DNA of 64,000 nt from an uncultured Aliarcobacter sp. (GTDB lineage: Bacteria; Campylobacterota; Campylobacteria; Campylobacterales; Arcobacteraceae): the NCBI GenBank assembly GCA_963664305.2, contig CAXXLV010000002.1, forward strand, positions 416,001-480,000, given 5' to 3'. How positions within the stretch are numbered: the first letter of the stretch is position 1; every line of letters begins with the position of its first letter. Shown here one piece after another: positions 38,601 to 47,617 of this stretch. The notes under the pieces were generated by a model. The model saw nothing but the letters and a program-made list of their open reading frames with translations, made no database searches and was not told the origin of the DNA. A program made the translations under genes and the position numbers.

Positions 38601-39623
38601 ATGAAAATTAATAATTTAGATATGAAAAATACTTTTTATGGAGTTTTATTTGTTGGATTTTTTTCTTTAATAGCAACGATTTTAGCAGGAGTAGATTTTT
38701 TTAGAAATTTAGGAATTAGCTCACTTATAATAGGAATAGTTTTAGGAATTTTTTATGCAAACACATTTAAAAAAAGATTTTTAAATTTTGGAAAAAATGG
38801 AATAATATTTTCAACAAAATATATTTTAAGATTTGGAATTATTTTATATGGATTTAGATTGACTTTTCAAAATTTGCAAGAAGTAGGATTTAACGGAATT
38901 TTTATTGCTTTTTTTATAGTTTTTTTTACTTTTATTTTTGGATACTTTATTGGGGTAAAAGTTTTAAAAATTGACCGTGAGATTGCTATTTTATGTAGTG
39001 CTGGAAGTTCTATTTGTGGAGCAGCAGCTGTTATGGCAACACAAAGTGTTCTAAAAAATGAAGCTTATAAAAGTGCCATTGCAGTATCTTTTGTAGTGAT
39101 TTTTGGAACAATAGCTATGTTTTTGTATCCATTTTTGTATAAATTAGGAATATTTGATTTAAGTGCTTCTCAAATGGGAGTTTATATAGGTGCAACTTTA
39201 CATGAAGTAGCTCATGTTGTGGGTTCTTCAAATAGTTTGGGAGAAGTAGTATCTAAAGATGCAATTATTGTAAAAATGATAAGAGTAATATTTATAGTTC
39301 CTTTTTTAATTTTATTATCAATTTGGTTGATTAAAACAGGTTTTCATAATAAAAAAGAGAAATCAAAAGTTATTATTCCTTGGTTCGCTTTGATATTTAT
39401 AGTTGTTGTGGGATTCAATTCTTTTGGCTTTTTGAGTATAAAAACAATAGAAAATATAAATTATTTAGATAATTTTGCTTTAACAATGGCAATGACAGCC
39501 TTAGGAATGGAAACAAGTTTTGATAAGTTTAAAAATATTGGTATGAAACCTTTTTATTTATCTTTGATTTTATTTGTTTGGTTGATTATTATTGGATATT
39601 TGTTAGTAAAATTCTTTTTTTAA
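38601..39623 (+). CDS. YeiH/PSE family membrane protein (putative sulfate exporter)
   Basis: LRFGIILYGFRL, GSSICGAAAV.A, HEVAHV and IVKM.RV motifs. Confidence 0.92.
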   Translation: MKINNLDMKNTFYGVLFVGFFSLIATILAGVDFFRNLGISSLIIGIVLGIFYANTFKKRFLNFGKNGIIFSTKYILRFGIILYGFRLTFQNLQEVGFNGIFIAFFIVFFTFIFGYFIGVKVLKIDREIAILCSAGSSICGAAAVMATQSVLKNEAYKSAIAVSFVVIFGTIAMFLYPFLYKLGIFDLSASQMGVYIGATLHEVAHVVGSSNSLGEVVSKDAIIVKMIRVIFIVPFLILLSIWLIKTGFHNKKEKSKVIIPWFALIFIVVVGFNSFGFLSIKTIENINYLDNFALTMAMTALGMETSFDKFKNIGMKPFYLSLILFVWLIIIGYLLVKFFF

Positions 39624-39651
39624 ATAAGTATCTTTAAAAAGATACTTATTT
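39622..39651. terminator. Bidirectional terminator
   Basis: AAATAAGTATCTTT-AA-AAAGATACTTATTT. Confidence 0.7.
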
Positions 39652-39652
39652 T

Positions 39653-40483
39653 TTACCAATTATTTTTCATTAAATCTTGTTCAAACATAGCTTGTGTTAA
39701 AACATCATAACCTTTTAATTCTTCAGCAGTTGTAACAACCCATTTATTTAAACCTTCCATTTGCATCATTTTTTTGATGATTGGTTCATTTGGGTCTTGT
39801 GAAAGCATCATATCAACAAAAGTTTTTTTCACTTTTTCATCTAAACTATTGAGAGCTGTAAAGTTACAATGACAATATCCCTCACTTACATAAAAAGATT
39901 CGATTTCACCTGCAGGAAATAATCCCTCCTCAATAATTCTAATCCAAGTGCTAATACCAATTGCTCCTGCATCAATTTTATCTTCTTTTATAGCTTCAAT
40001 AATATCAAATTCACTTCTTCCTGTATCTCCATGTTTTCCTAAATTAGAATTAAATCTAATAATTTCAACATCATTGATTTTTTCTTTTAGTTCATTTTGT
40101 AGATATTTTAAAGGTAAAATTGCAGCTTGAGCTGAATCAGCACTTCCAAGACCAAATTTTTTGCCTTTTAAATCATGAATAGATTTAATACCACTTTTTG
40201 CTTTTGTGATAAACACAGATTTAAAATCAATATCCGTATCTCTCATAAGTAAAGCTTGAGCTTTGTGATTACTTAATTCATAAGTTCTTACCCAAGCAAC
40301 ATTTGTATTCCAAGCAATATCTATTTTCCCAGATAATAAATATTCAATTTGTGCTTCATAATTTGAAAATAGAATATAATCAAGTCTTACACCATTATCA
40401 TTGAAATAATCTCTAATAATATCCCAAATCGGTACAACTTTTGGGTCATAAGCAACTGAACCCACAACTATTGGTTTTTGCAT
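39653..40483 (-). CDS. PhnD-like PBP-fold protein without signal peptide (cytoplasmic)
   Basis: SNYE..I..L..G.IDIAW and DLKGK.FG.G...S.Q PBP-II pattern. Begins MQKPIVVGSVAYDPK with no signal peptide or lipobox; carries KHGDTG and YCHCNF. Confidence 0.8.
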   Translation of the reverse strand: MQKPIVVGSVAYDPKVVPIWDIIRDYFNDNGVRLDYILFSNYEAQIEYLLSGKIDIAWNTNVAWVRTYELSNHKAQALLMRDTDIDFKSVFITKAKSGIKSIHDLKGKKFGLGSADSAQAAILPLKYLQNELKEKINDVEIIRFNSNLGKHGDTGRSEFDIIEAIKEDKIDAGAIGISTWIRIIEEGLFPAGEIESFYVSEGYCHCNFTALNSLDEKVKKTFVDMMLSQDPNEPIIKKMMQMEGLNKWVVTTAEELKGYDVLTQAMFEQDLMKNNW

Positions 40484-40492
40484 TTTTTATCC

Positions 40493-41620
40493 TTATAAAA
40501 TTGATTGATTTGTTAAAGCTTTTCCAAGCCAAGTTGTAAGAACATCAGTACTTGGAGCCATAACTTGTGCTGCAAGTGAATCTCTTAATAGTCTTTCTAT
40601 ATTTATTCTTTTAGCGTATGCTGTACCTCCACCAATCTTCATAGCTAAAGTACAAACTTTTACAGCCATTTCAGAAGCATGAATTCTTGCAGCTAATACA
40701 TTTGCTTGAGCCATTGGGTCAGCTTCAATTACACTTTTTGCAGCACTTAATGTAAAATATTTCGCACTTGCTGCATTTGTATAGATTTCAGAGATATGAT
40801 TTTGAACAGTTGGGATATTACATAAAGCTGTTTCATCACTATATTTTCTATTTATTGAATACTCATTGATTGAATTACAAGCATTTAAAGCAACTCCACT
40901 ATAAACAGCTGCTAATCCCATGATAAAAAATGGACCAACACAATTAAATATTTGATCTAGTCCCGTTCCACTCTCCCCAATTTTTGATTTTTCATCAATT
41001 TTTACATCTTTTAAAATCATTGGACAAGAAGCATTTCCTCTCATACCAAGACCATTCCAAGCACTCTCTTCAAAAGTAATTCCAGCTAAATCTTTTGAAA
41101 TAATCCAGTTATCTAAACCTTCAGTTTCAACAGAGTTTGCATCAATTAAATAATAATCAGCATAAGTAGCAGATGTAACAAAACTTTTTCTACCATTCAT
41201 AAATAAAGTTTCATTTTCTTTTGTAACTTTAATTTCTGGATTATAAAAGTGTGTTCCTGTTCCACTTTCACTATATGCAAGTGCTAACATAATTTCACCA
41301 TTTGCAATTCTTGGTAAAAACTCTTTTTTTAGTTCATCACTTCCATAAGTTGCAATACAATTTGTTGCAACATTGTGCATCATATAACATAAAGCTGTTG
41401 TGGCGCAATAATTTGCAAAAGCTAAAATAGTTTGTGTATGGTCTTGAAAATTTAATCCCATTCCTCCAAACTCTTTTGGAACTAAAAGACCTGTTAATTT
41501 TTTTTCTTTAATTGCTTTAAAACTTTCAACTGGAAATTTTCCCTCAATATCCACATTGTCTGTATATGGTGCAATATTTTCTTTTGCAAACTCTAACATT
41601 TCATTATATAAATTTGACAT
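40493..41620 (-). CDS. Acyl-CoA dehydrogenase-fold flavoprotein (non-canonical)
   Basis: VPKEFGGMG, ALAYSE..TG, NGRKSFVTSA, GLGMRG, GGGTAY and IERLLRD motifs; the usual YEG position reads MAP. Confidence 0.88.
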   Translation of the reverse strand: MSNLYNEMLEFAKENIAPYTDNVDIEGKFPVESFKAIKEKKLTGLLVPKEFGGMGLNFQDHTQTILAFANYCATTALCYMMHNVATNCIATYGSDELKKEFLPRIANGEIMLALAYSESGTGTHFYNPEIKVTKENETLFMNGRKSFVTSATYADYYLIDANSVETEGLDNWIISKDLAGITFEESAWNGLGMRGNASCPMILKDVKIDEKSKIGESGTGLDQIFNCVGPFFIMGLAAVYSGVALNACNSINEYSINRKYSDETALCNIPTVQNHISEIYTNAASAKYFTLSAAKSVIEADPMAQANVLAARIHASEMAVKVCTLAMKIGGGTAYAKRINIERLLRDSLAAQVMAPSTDVLTTWLGKALTNQSIL

Positions 41621-41631
41621 TTTTTTTCCTA

Positions 41632-42882
41632 CTACATAAAATTTGGTGTATGAACTTTAGAAATATCATTTGCTAAATCTTCATCCATACCTATATCTAC
41701 TAATCTTTTTATTCTATTTGTATTCATTTTTTGTTTTAGTTCTTCAACTAAATCAAATCCTCTTTTATAATCCTCTGGCTCATCACTTCCACCTGCAAGA
41801 ATTGCTAATGATTCAAGTAAAATAGAAGATTCACTATTTATTTCATCCATAAACTCTTTTCTTTTATAAGCAGTATTTTTTAAAGCATTTATTCTATTTG
41901 GATTTTGTTCTATTGCTGATTTTACATGTTCAACACCATAAGCAACATGTCGCATTTCATCTCTTTTTGCAAGGCGAATGATTTTTTTTGTTGCATCATC
42001 AGGCATATGTTTTTCCAAAAATGAGAGTAAATCTACAAAAGTACCTTCACCCATAACATGAAGTAAAAATGAGCTTTTTATATAATCATCTTCTTTAAAT
42101 AAAGAAAAAAGTGAACGTTGAGTAACTTCACTTGAGTATTGAAATCCTCCTCCATTCGCATTTGCTCTTTTTGTAAAAACTTCAATATGTCTTGCTTCAT
42201 CATTCATTAGTGATGATAAAAAAAGAGGAACTTCCATATAGTATGGATTTATTTTACTTATAAATTTTCCAGGAATATATAAAGCTGAAAATTCATTTTC
42301 AACTAAATAAGTCATGATTTGGCATACAGCTTTTTCTATAACAGGATTTAGATTTGGTATTTCATTCCAAGGAATATCAGTTGTTGCATTCCATTGAAGA
42401 TTTTTTCCTTCTTCATATAAAACTGAAACAGGATTTGACCAAACTTGTTCTTTAAAAGATAATTCAAAATCATAAATTGGACTATTTTCTTGAGTTATGA
42501 TTCCTCTTGTTAAAAGCCCATTATCAATTGGAGCTTTTGCTAAAATTTCTTCACTTAACTCTAAATCTTTTAGTTTTGGATTTGAAGTATCAATACCTTT
42601 CATTTTTTTGCCCCAAGAAGCTTTTGAAGTAAAAGAATTTTTACTTATTTTTTGGATTTTATAAGAGTATTGATTTTTTAATGCAACTCTACCTAAGTAG
42701 AAATGACCTTTAAGTTTTGCCCATCCTTGAAGTTCAATTTCAATATTTGCTTTAAGTGAAACAATTTCAATTATTTCATAAATATTTGCTAATAAAAAAG
42801 CATTCTCAAGTTTTAGAAATAAGGCTTTAGAAGGAGGTAAATCACCAGTAAATATAGATATACAATGATTTTGATTATTCAA
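41632..42882 (-). CDS. Ferritin-like diiron protein with N-terminal TusA/SirA-like domain
   Basis: E (LVENE), DEARH, E (MGEG) and DEMRH diiron ligands; the first ~80 aa fit the TusA pattern ending W...GH; TTG start 6 nt after GGAGA. Confidence 0.8.
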   Translation of the reverse strand: MNNQNHCISIFTGDLPPSKALFLKLENAFLLANIYEIIEIVSLKANIEIELQGWAKLKGHFYLGRVALKNQYSYKIQKISKNSFTSKASWGKKMKGIDTSNPKLKDLELSEEILAKAPIDNGLLTRGIITQENSPIYDFELSFKEQVWSNPVSVLYEEGKNLQWNATTDIPWNEIPNLNPVIEKAVCQIMTYLVENEFSALYIPGKFISKINPYYMEVPLFLSSLMNDEARHIEVFTKRANANGGGFQYSSEVTQRSLFSLFKEDDYIKSSFLLHVMGEGTFVDLLSFLEKHMPDDATKKIIRLAKRDEMRHVAYGVEHVKSAIEQNPNRINALKNTAYKRKEFMDEINSESSILLESLAILAGGSDEPEDYKRGFDLVEELKQKMNTNRIKRLVDIGMDEDLANDISKVHTPNFM

Positions 42883-42978
42883 AATGAATCTCCAAAATTA
42901 GATTTTAATTTTGGCCATGCAGTAAATTGTTTAAATTAACGATGGAATCTCTACCTGAGATCTCGAATCGTTATTCTA
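42883..42978 (-). promoter_or_regulatory. Structured 5' leader and TGn-TAGAAT promoter of the three-gene operon; candidate cis-regulatory RNA
   Basis: Three consecutive hairpins, the last (CCAAAATTA/TAATTTTGG) covering the start of the RBS; GAGATTC present twice. Confidence 0.5.
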
Positions 42979-43040
42979 ACAAAAAGATTTAAAAAGTAAA
43001 TAAAATTTTACCAAAATAGTAAAATCAAAAAATGATTTTA

Positions 43041-43775
43041 CTATTTAACTTCAATTCCAAATTTTTCAAGTAGATTTACCCAAACAATGTTATTTCCATT
43101 TTTATCAAATATTGTTGGTGTTCCTTGAACGTTTAAAGACATTCCAATTTGAACTTGTTCTTCTAATTGTTTTTCAAGTTTCGCTAGTTGAGCTTGTGTA
43201 TATTTTGCATTTTTTACTTTATCTAAATTTTCACTTGCATCAAACATTGCATCTATTTTTGCATTTAATGTTTTTTGACTCATAATATATAATGATAAAT
43301 CTTTTGCATTTTCATGTGATTCTAAAGGAAAATAAAAAACTCTTATTTTTACTTTATCTTTTATTTGTGGAAGATATGATTCTAGTTTTTTACAATAAGG
43401 ACATTCAGGGTCTGTAAATAAATAATATTCTTCCTTTCCTGTTCCATAAACAAATGCTTCTTTACCTTTTGCATTTGTTAAATCAACAGGAGCTGATATT
43501 TTCATTCCATTATTTACATCAATAACATCACCAGAAAGAATAAGTTTTTTATCTTTTGTTAAATAAATTTCATCACTATTTCCTTGAACATTGATAGTTA
43601 AAATATATAAACTTCCAACATCAAAAGCTTTTACTATTTTTATTTGTGCTCTTTTAAATAATTCTAATTGTTCCATTTGAACAATTTCGTTTTTTGATAC
43701 TTCTTTTGTAGCAGCATTTAAACTACAAGTTAGGATAAGAAAAACAATTAATATTTTTTTAATTAACTCAAACAT
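43041..43775 (-). CDS. DsbC/DsbG-family thiol:disulfide interchange protein
   Basis: Signal peptide, N-terminal dimerisation segment, FTDPECPYCKK and QGTPT cis-Pro loop. Confidence 0.9.
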   Translation of the reverse strand: MFELIKKILIVFLILTCSLNAATKEVSKNEIVQMEQLELFKRAQIKIVKAFDVGSLYILTINVQGNSDEIYLTKDKKLILSGDVIDVNNGMKISAPVDLTNAKGKEAFVYGTGKEEYYLFTDPECPYCKKLESYLPQIKDKVKIRVFYFPLESHENAKDLSLYIMSQKTLNAKIDAMFDASENLDKVKNAKYTQAQLAKLEKQLEEQVQIGMSLNVQGTPTIFDKNGNNIVWVNLLEKFGIEVK

Positions 43776-43985
43776 AAAGTTTCCTAATATAAATTTTTTG
43801 CGTATTGTATCTATTTTCCCTTGATTATAAGTCTAAAAAGGGATTTGTACTTTAAAATAAGATTTAATAATTTTAAGAAATGCTATTTTAATGCTACTAT
43901 AATGAAAAAATAATATTTTTTTTTAAGCTTTGTTTTTAACTTTTTTGATGTAGAATATGAAGAAATTTTAATATAAGGCAAAATT

Positions 43986-45275
43986 ATGGAAAATGCAAAA
44001 AAATTTTTAGTTGCAGGATATATTGTAACAATAGTTTCATTAGGTTTTTTGTCTTATTTATCCAGTGTAAAAAGTGATTATATTTTAGTATCAAGTTTAC
44101 TTTTCTTTTGTGTTATTTCATTCTTATTTTTTTATGGAATAAATTTGTTAAAAAATCAAAAAGAATTGGTTTTAATTGATGAAAAAAAAGAGGAAGATTT
44201 TTTAGAAAAAGAGTTTATAAATGATTTAACTAATTGTAGTTTATCATTTTCAAAAAATATCTTCAACACAAAAATTAATGCAAAAACAAAAAATGATGAA
44301 TTTCAATCAATTGCAAATAATATGAATCAAACAGTAAGTAATTTAACAAATTGTTTTGATGAAATGTTAGATTTTTTTGAGAAGTTCCAAAAAAATGATT
44401 TTACAGTTGAAATTAAGAATAAACAATCAGAGCAATTACAAAAAATTGTTGAAGCTGTTAATAAATTAAATGTAAAAATCTCAAGAATGCTTTTAAGTAG
44501 TTTAAAAAGTGGAAATATGTTCAAAAAAAATGCAGATGCATTAAAAAAGAATATGGAATTAGTAAGTGCAAATATAGTTACTCAATCTGCAATTCTAGAA
44601 GAGACATCAGCATCAATGGAAGAGATAACAAGTAGTGTTAGAAATAATAATTTAGATGTTGATAAAATGTTAACTTATTCTAATGAACTTTTAATATCTG
44701 TTCAAAGTGGTTATAAAAGTGCAAAAAACAGTGCAGAGTTGATGGATAAAATAAATGATAAAACAAAGTCAATTGAAGAAGCAATAAGTATTATTGACCA
44801 AATTGCATTTCAAACAAATATTTTATCTCTTAATGCTGCTGTTGAAGCAGCAACTGCTGGTGAAGCTGGAAGAGGATTTGCTGTTGTTGCAGCAGAGGTT
44901 AGAAATCTAGCTTCAAGAAGTGCTGAAGCAGCTAGAGAAATAAAATCACTTGTTGAAACAGCTACAAAAGAGGCAAACAATGGGAAAAATGCTTCTACAG
45001 ATATGATAAAAGAGTATGATGTTTTAAACGAAAATATTCAAAAAACAAAACATATTATAGAAAATATTTCTAATTCTTTAAAAGAACAAGAAAGAGGAAT
45101 AGAGCAAGTAAATGCAGCTGTTGCTGATTTAGATAAAGCAACACAAGAAAATGCATTAAGAGCTCAAGAAACAAGAGAAATTGCAAATCAAAATGATGAA
45201 ATGGCTACAACAATGGTTGTAGAAACTAATAAAACAAATTTCTTTGGAAGAGATGATTTCAATAGAAAAAGCTAA
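43986..45275 (+). CDS. Methyl-accepting chemotaxis protein with minimal periplasmic loop
   Basis: Two adjacent TMs; [37 protein letters not shown] signalling hairpin. Confidence 0.95.
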   Translation: MENAKKFLVAGYIVTIVSLGFLSYLSSVKSDYILVSSLLFFCVISFLFFYGINLLKNQKELVLIDEKKEEDFLEKEFINDLTNCSLSFSKNIFNTKINAKTKNDEFQSIANNMNQTVSNLTNCFDEMLDFFEKFQKNDFTVEIKNKQSEQLQKIVEAVNKLNVKISRMLLSSLKSGNMFKKNADALKKNMELVSANIVTQSAILEETSASMEEITSSVRNNNLDVDKMLTYSNELLISVQSGYKSAKNSAELMDKINDKTKSIEEAISIIDQIAFQTNILSLNAAVEAATAGEAGRGFAVVAAEVRNLASRSAEAAREIKSLVETATKEANNGKNASTDMIKEYDVLNENIQKTKHIIENISNSLKEQERGIEQVNAAVADLDKATQENALRAQETREIANQNDEMATTMVVETNKTNFFGRDDFNRKS

Positions 45276-45281
45276 AAAATA

Positions 45282-45309
45282 GAGATTTAAAGTTTAAGCT
45301 TTAAATCTC
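45282..45309. terminator. Bidirectional terminator
   Basis: GAGATTTAAAG-N6-CTTTAAATCTC flanked by A and T tracts. Confidence 0.7.
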
Positions 45310-45314
45310 ATTTT

Positions 45315-46211
45315 TTAAAGAAGATTAAATAAAATTCCTGTCGTTAAAAACGAAATAATTATCCCATATCCTACAATCGCTGAACTAAGTCTTGGGGCAA
45401 GTCCTGCCATCGAAGCTATTGCACCTGCTGTTATCATAGGAGCCATTCCTGCTTCCATAATTGATACAATTGAAGCTTGATTATCCCAAGCAAATATTTT
45501 ACAAATAACAAATGCAATAGTTGGAGCAAGAATAAGTTTTACAATTAAAGCTACACTAAAAGGTTTTATCTCTTCACGTGGTAATTTTAATTGAAGTTGA
45601 AGACCAACAGCAACTAAAGCAATTGGTACAATGGTACTTGCAAATGAACTTAAAACTTTTGAAATTATTGGATTAAATTCTACACCTATTAAAAATAGAG
45701 CAACAACTAAAGATAAAAAAGGTGGAAATGTTAAAACTTTTAGTGTAATGATTTTAAAAGTGATTTTTGAATTATTTGAATAATAAGAAGCTATAAATGT
45801 TCCATAAGTAGCAAGAGCAATAAAAGTTCCTAATTGGTCATAAACTAAAACATATGGCATTGCACTTTCGCCCATATAAGCATTTATTATTGGAATTCCT
45901 AAAAAAGAACTATTTGTTAGGATTGAAACTAGCATTAATGAACCCGTTATCTCTTTTGAAAAAGAGAAAAATTTTGATAAAAGAAGAATTAATATTGCAC
46001 TTATAGCCATAACAAGCCAAGCTACAATAATAGGTATAATCATATCAATTGAAAAACTAAGTTTTGGAATTTGAAGTAAAATCATTGCAGGAAGTGAGAT
46101 ATAAATTGCAAATTGATTTAAAATAGTTGGTGCATCTTTTGAAAAAATATTTAATCTATTTATTACATAGCCAATAACAATGGCCAATAAGATTAATACA
46201 AAATTTTCCAT
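45315..46211 (-). CDS. AEC (auxin efflux carrier) family transporter
   Basis: YISLPA, NSSFLGIP, FPPF, P.ALVAVG, KLILAP and EAGMAP motifs. Confidence 0.9.
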   Translation of the reverse strand: MENFVLILLAIVIGYVINRLNIFSKDAPTILNQFAIYISLPAMILLQIPKLSFSIDMIIPIIVAWLVMAISAILILLLSKFFSFSKEITGSLMLVSILTNSSFLGIPIINAYMGESAMPYVLVYDQLGTFIALATYGTFIASYYSNNSKITFKIITLKVLTFPPFLSLVVALFLIGVEFNPIISKVLSSFASTIVPIALVAVGLQLQLKLPREEIKPFSVALIVKLILAPTIAFVICKIFAWDNQASIVSIMEAGMAPMITAGAIASMAGLAPRLSSAIVGYGIIISFLTTGILFNLL

Positions 46212-46215
46212 TTAT

Positions 46216-46587
46216 TTAGTCACAAAAATTATTTTGACAAGGGTTATCAGATGTGATTTTTCCAAACTCTTTTACATAATCTATTCCCCATTTATGCATC
46301 TCTTCAAGTACGGCTCTTAGATTTTCTCCTGCTTTTGTTAAACTATATACAACCTTTGGTGGAACACTAGCAAAACATTCTCTATTAATGATATTTTTTT
46401 CTTCTAATTCTTTTAATTTTATAGTTAAAGTTTTTTGTGTTATTTCACTTATTATTTCATGTAATTCTTTAAATCTTTTTTCACCATCAAGTAAGTGCCA
46501 AATAATTGCTAATTTCCATCTATCATTAAAAATATCAAGTGTTACGGCAACACTACATCTATATTCTTTATCATTTATATAATACAT
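46216..46587 (-). CDS. HxlR/DUF24 (MarR-type) redox-sensing regulator
   Basis: N-terminal Cys (CSV..TL), RWK..I, RFKEL, ITQKTL...LKELE and VPPKVVYSLT. Confidence 0.92.
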   Translation of the reverse strand: MYYINDKEYRCSVAVTLDIFNDRWKLAIIWHLLDGEKRFKELHEIISEITQKTLTIKLKELEEKNIINRECFASVPPKVVYSLTKAGENLRAVLEEMHKWGIDYVKEFGKITSDNPCQNNFCD

Positions 46588-46642
46588 ATTAAATTCCTTA
46601 TTTTTACAATTTCAATTATAACATAATAAAAATTAATTCCTA

Positions 46643-46664
46643 TTACTTACCTAAAGTAAAGTAA
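46643..46664. promoter_or_regulatory. Possible HxlR-family operator
   Basis: TTACTT-N10-AAGTAA inverted repeat between the regulator and the divergent mdaB operon. Confidence 0.4.
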
Positions 46665-46717
46665 GAGTAAATTAAGTTTATTGTTAATATAATTTTCAAA
46701 ATTAAAAAGGAGCAAAA

Positions 46718-47299
46718 ATGAAGAAAGTTTTAATTTTAAATGGACATCAATATTATGATGTTGTGGCTAAAGGTGAATTGACTCAACATTTTATTGATAA
46801 AGCAAATGATTTTTTTATAAAAAATGGATTTGAAGTAAAACAAACTCACATTGAAAAAGGTTACAATGTAGAAGAAGAGTGTGAAAAATTTGAATGGGCT
46901 GATTATGTTTTATTTCAATATCCAGTTTATTGGATGGGTGTTCCTTGGATTGCAAAAAAATATTTTGATGAAACATTTACTCAAGGAAGACATTATGCAA
47001 GTGATGGAAGAAGTAGAAGTGATGCAAGTAAAACTTATGGAACAGGAGGATTATTAAAAGGTAAAAAGTATATGTTAAGTTTAACGTATAATTGTCCAAC
47101 AAGTGAATTTAGTAATGAAAATGGTTTCTTTGATGGTTTATCTTTAGATGAAGCTCATGTGGCAGTTCATAAAACTTTCCAATTTTGTGGATTAGAGCCA
47201 TTAAAAACTTATTCTGTTCATGATATTTTCAAAGGAGATTTAGATTTAGCTAATGAGTTAGAAAAATTTGAATCAGTTTTAAAAGAGAATTTTTTATAG
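46718..47299 (+). CDS. mdaB: NADPH:quinone reductase MdaB (flavodoxin-like fold)
   Basis: LILNGH, QYPVYWMGVPW..KKY.D, DGRSR...YGTGG and YMLSLT.N.P motifs. Confidence 0.88.
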   Translation: MKKVLILNGHQYYDVVAKGELTQHFIDKANDFFIKNGFEVKQTHIEKGYNVEEECEKFEWADYVLFQYPVYWMGVPWIAKKYFDETFTQGRHYASDGRSRSDASKTYGTGGLLKGKKYMLSLTYNCPTSEFSNENGFFDGLSLDEAHVAVHKTFQFCGLEPLKTYSVHDIFKGDLDLANELEKFESVLKENFL

Positions 47300-47308
47300 G
47301 AAAAAAAT

Positions 47309-47605
47309 ATGAAAAATATTGTAATAGTTGCAACTATAAAAGTGAAAAAAGGTTTTAAAGATGAAGTTTATAATGAACTTATAAAATTGCATAAAGCAAC
47401 TCATGAATTTGATGAAGGTTGTATTCAATATGATTTACATAAAGATTTAAGTGATGAGGATAGTTTTACTTTTGTTGAAACTTGGGAAAATCAAGAACTT
47501 TTATCTTTACATGAAACAAAAGAGCATTTTAAAAACTTTGTATCTAAAATCGAAAATAAAATAGATGGTTTAACAATCAATAAATTAGAAAAATTAGAAA
47601 TCTAA
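47309..47605 (+). CDS. Putative quinol monooxygenase (ABM/YgiN family)
   Basis: EGCIQYDLH, F.FVETW...L..H...HF motifs; follows mdaB. Confidence 0.88.
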   Translation: MKNIVIVATIKVKKGFKDEVYNELIKLHKATHEFDEGCIQYDLHKDLSDEDSFTFVETWENQELLSLHETKEHFKNFVSKIENKIDGLTINKLEKLEI

Positions 47606-47617
47606 AAAGGATTTTTT

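Noticed and set aside
42898..42918. Six-codon uORF (MAKIKI) in the operon leader as an attenuator peptide
   Set aside because: It has no RBS and no run of regulatory codons. It coincides with the RBS-sequestering stem and is probably incidental, though not excluded.
42940..42965. TPP, glycine or fluoride riboswitch, or a SECIS, suggested by CTGAGA, CTCAGG, GATGG and an AGGU loop
   Set aside because: Only short words match. The other conserved elements of those classes are absent or on the wrong strand, and there is no upstream in-frame UGA.
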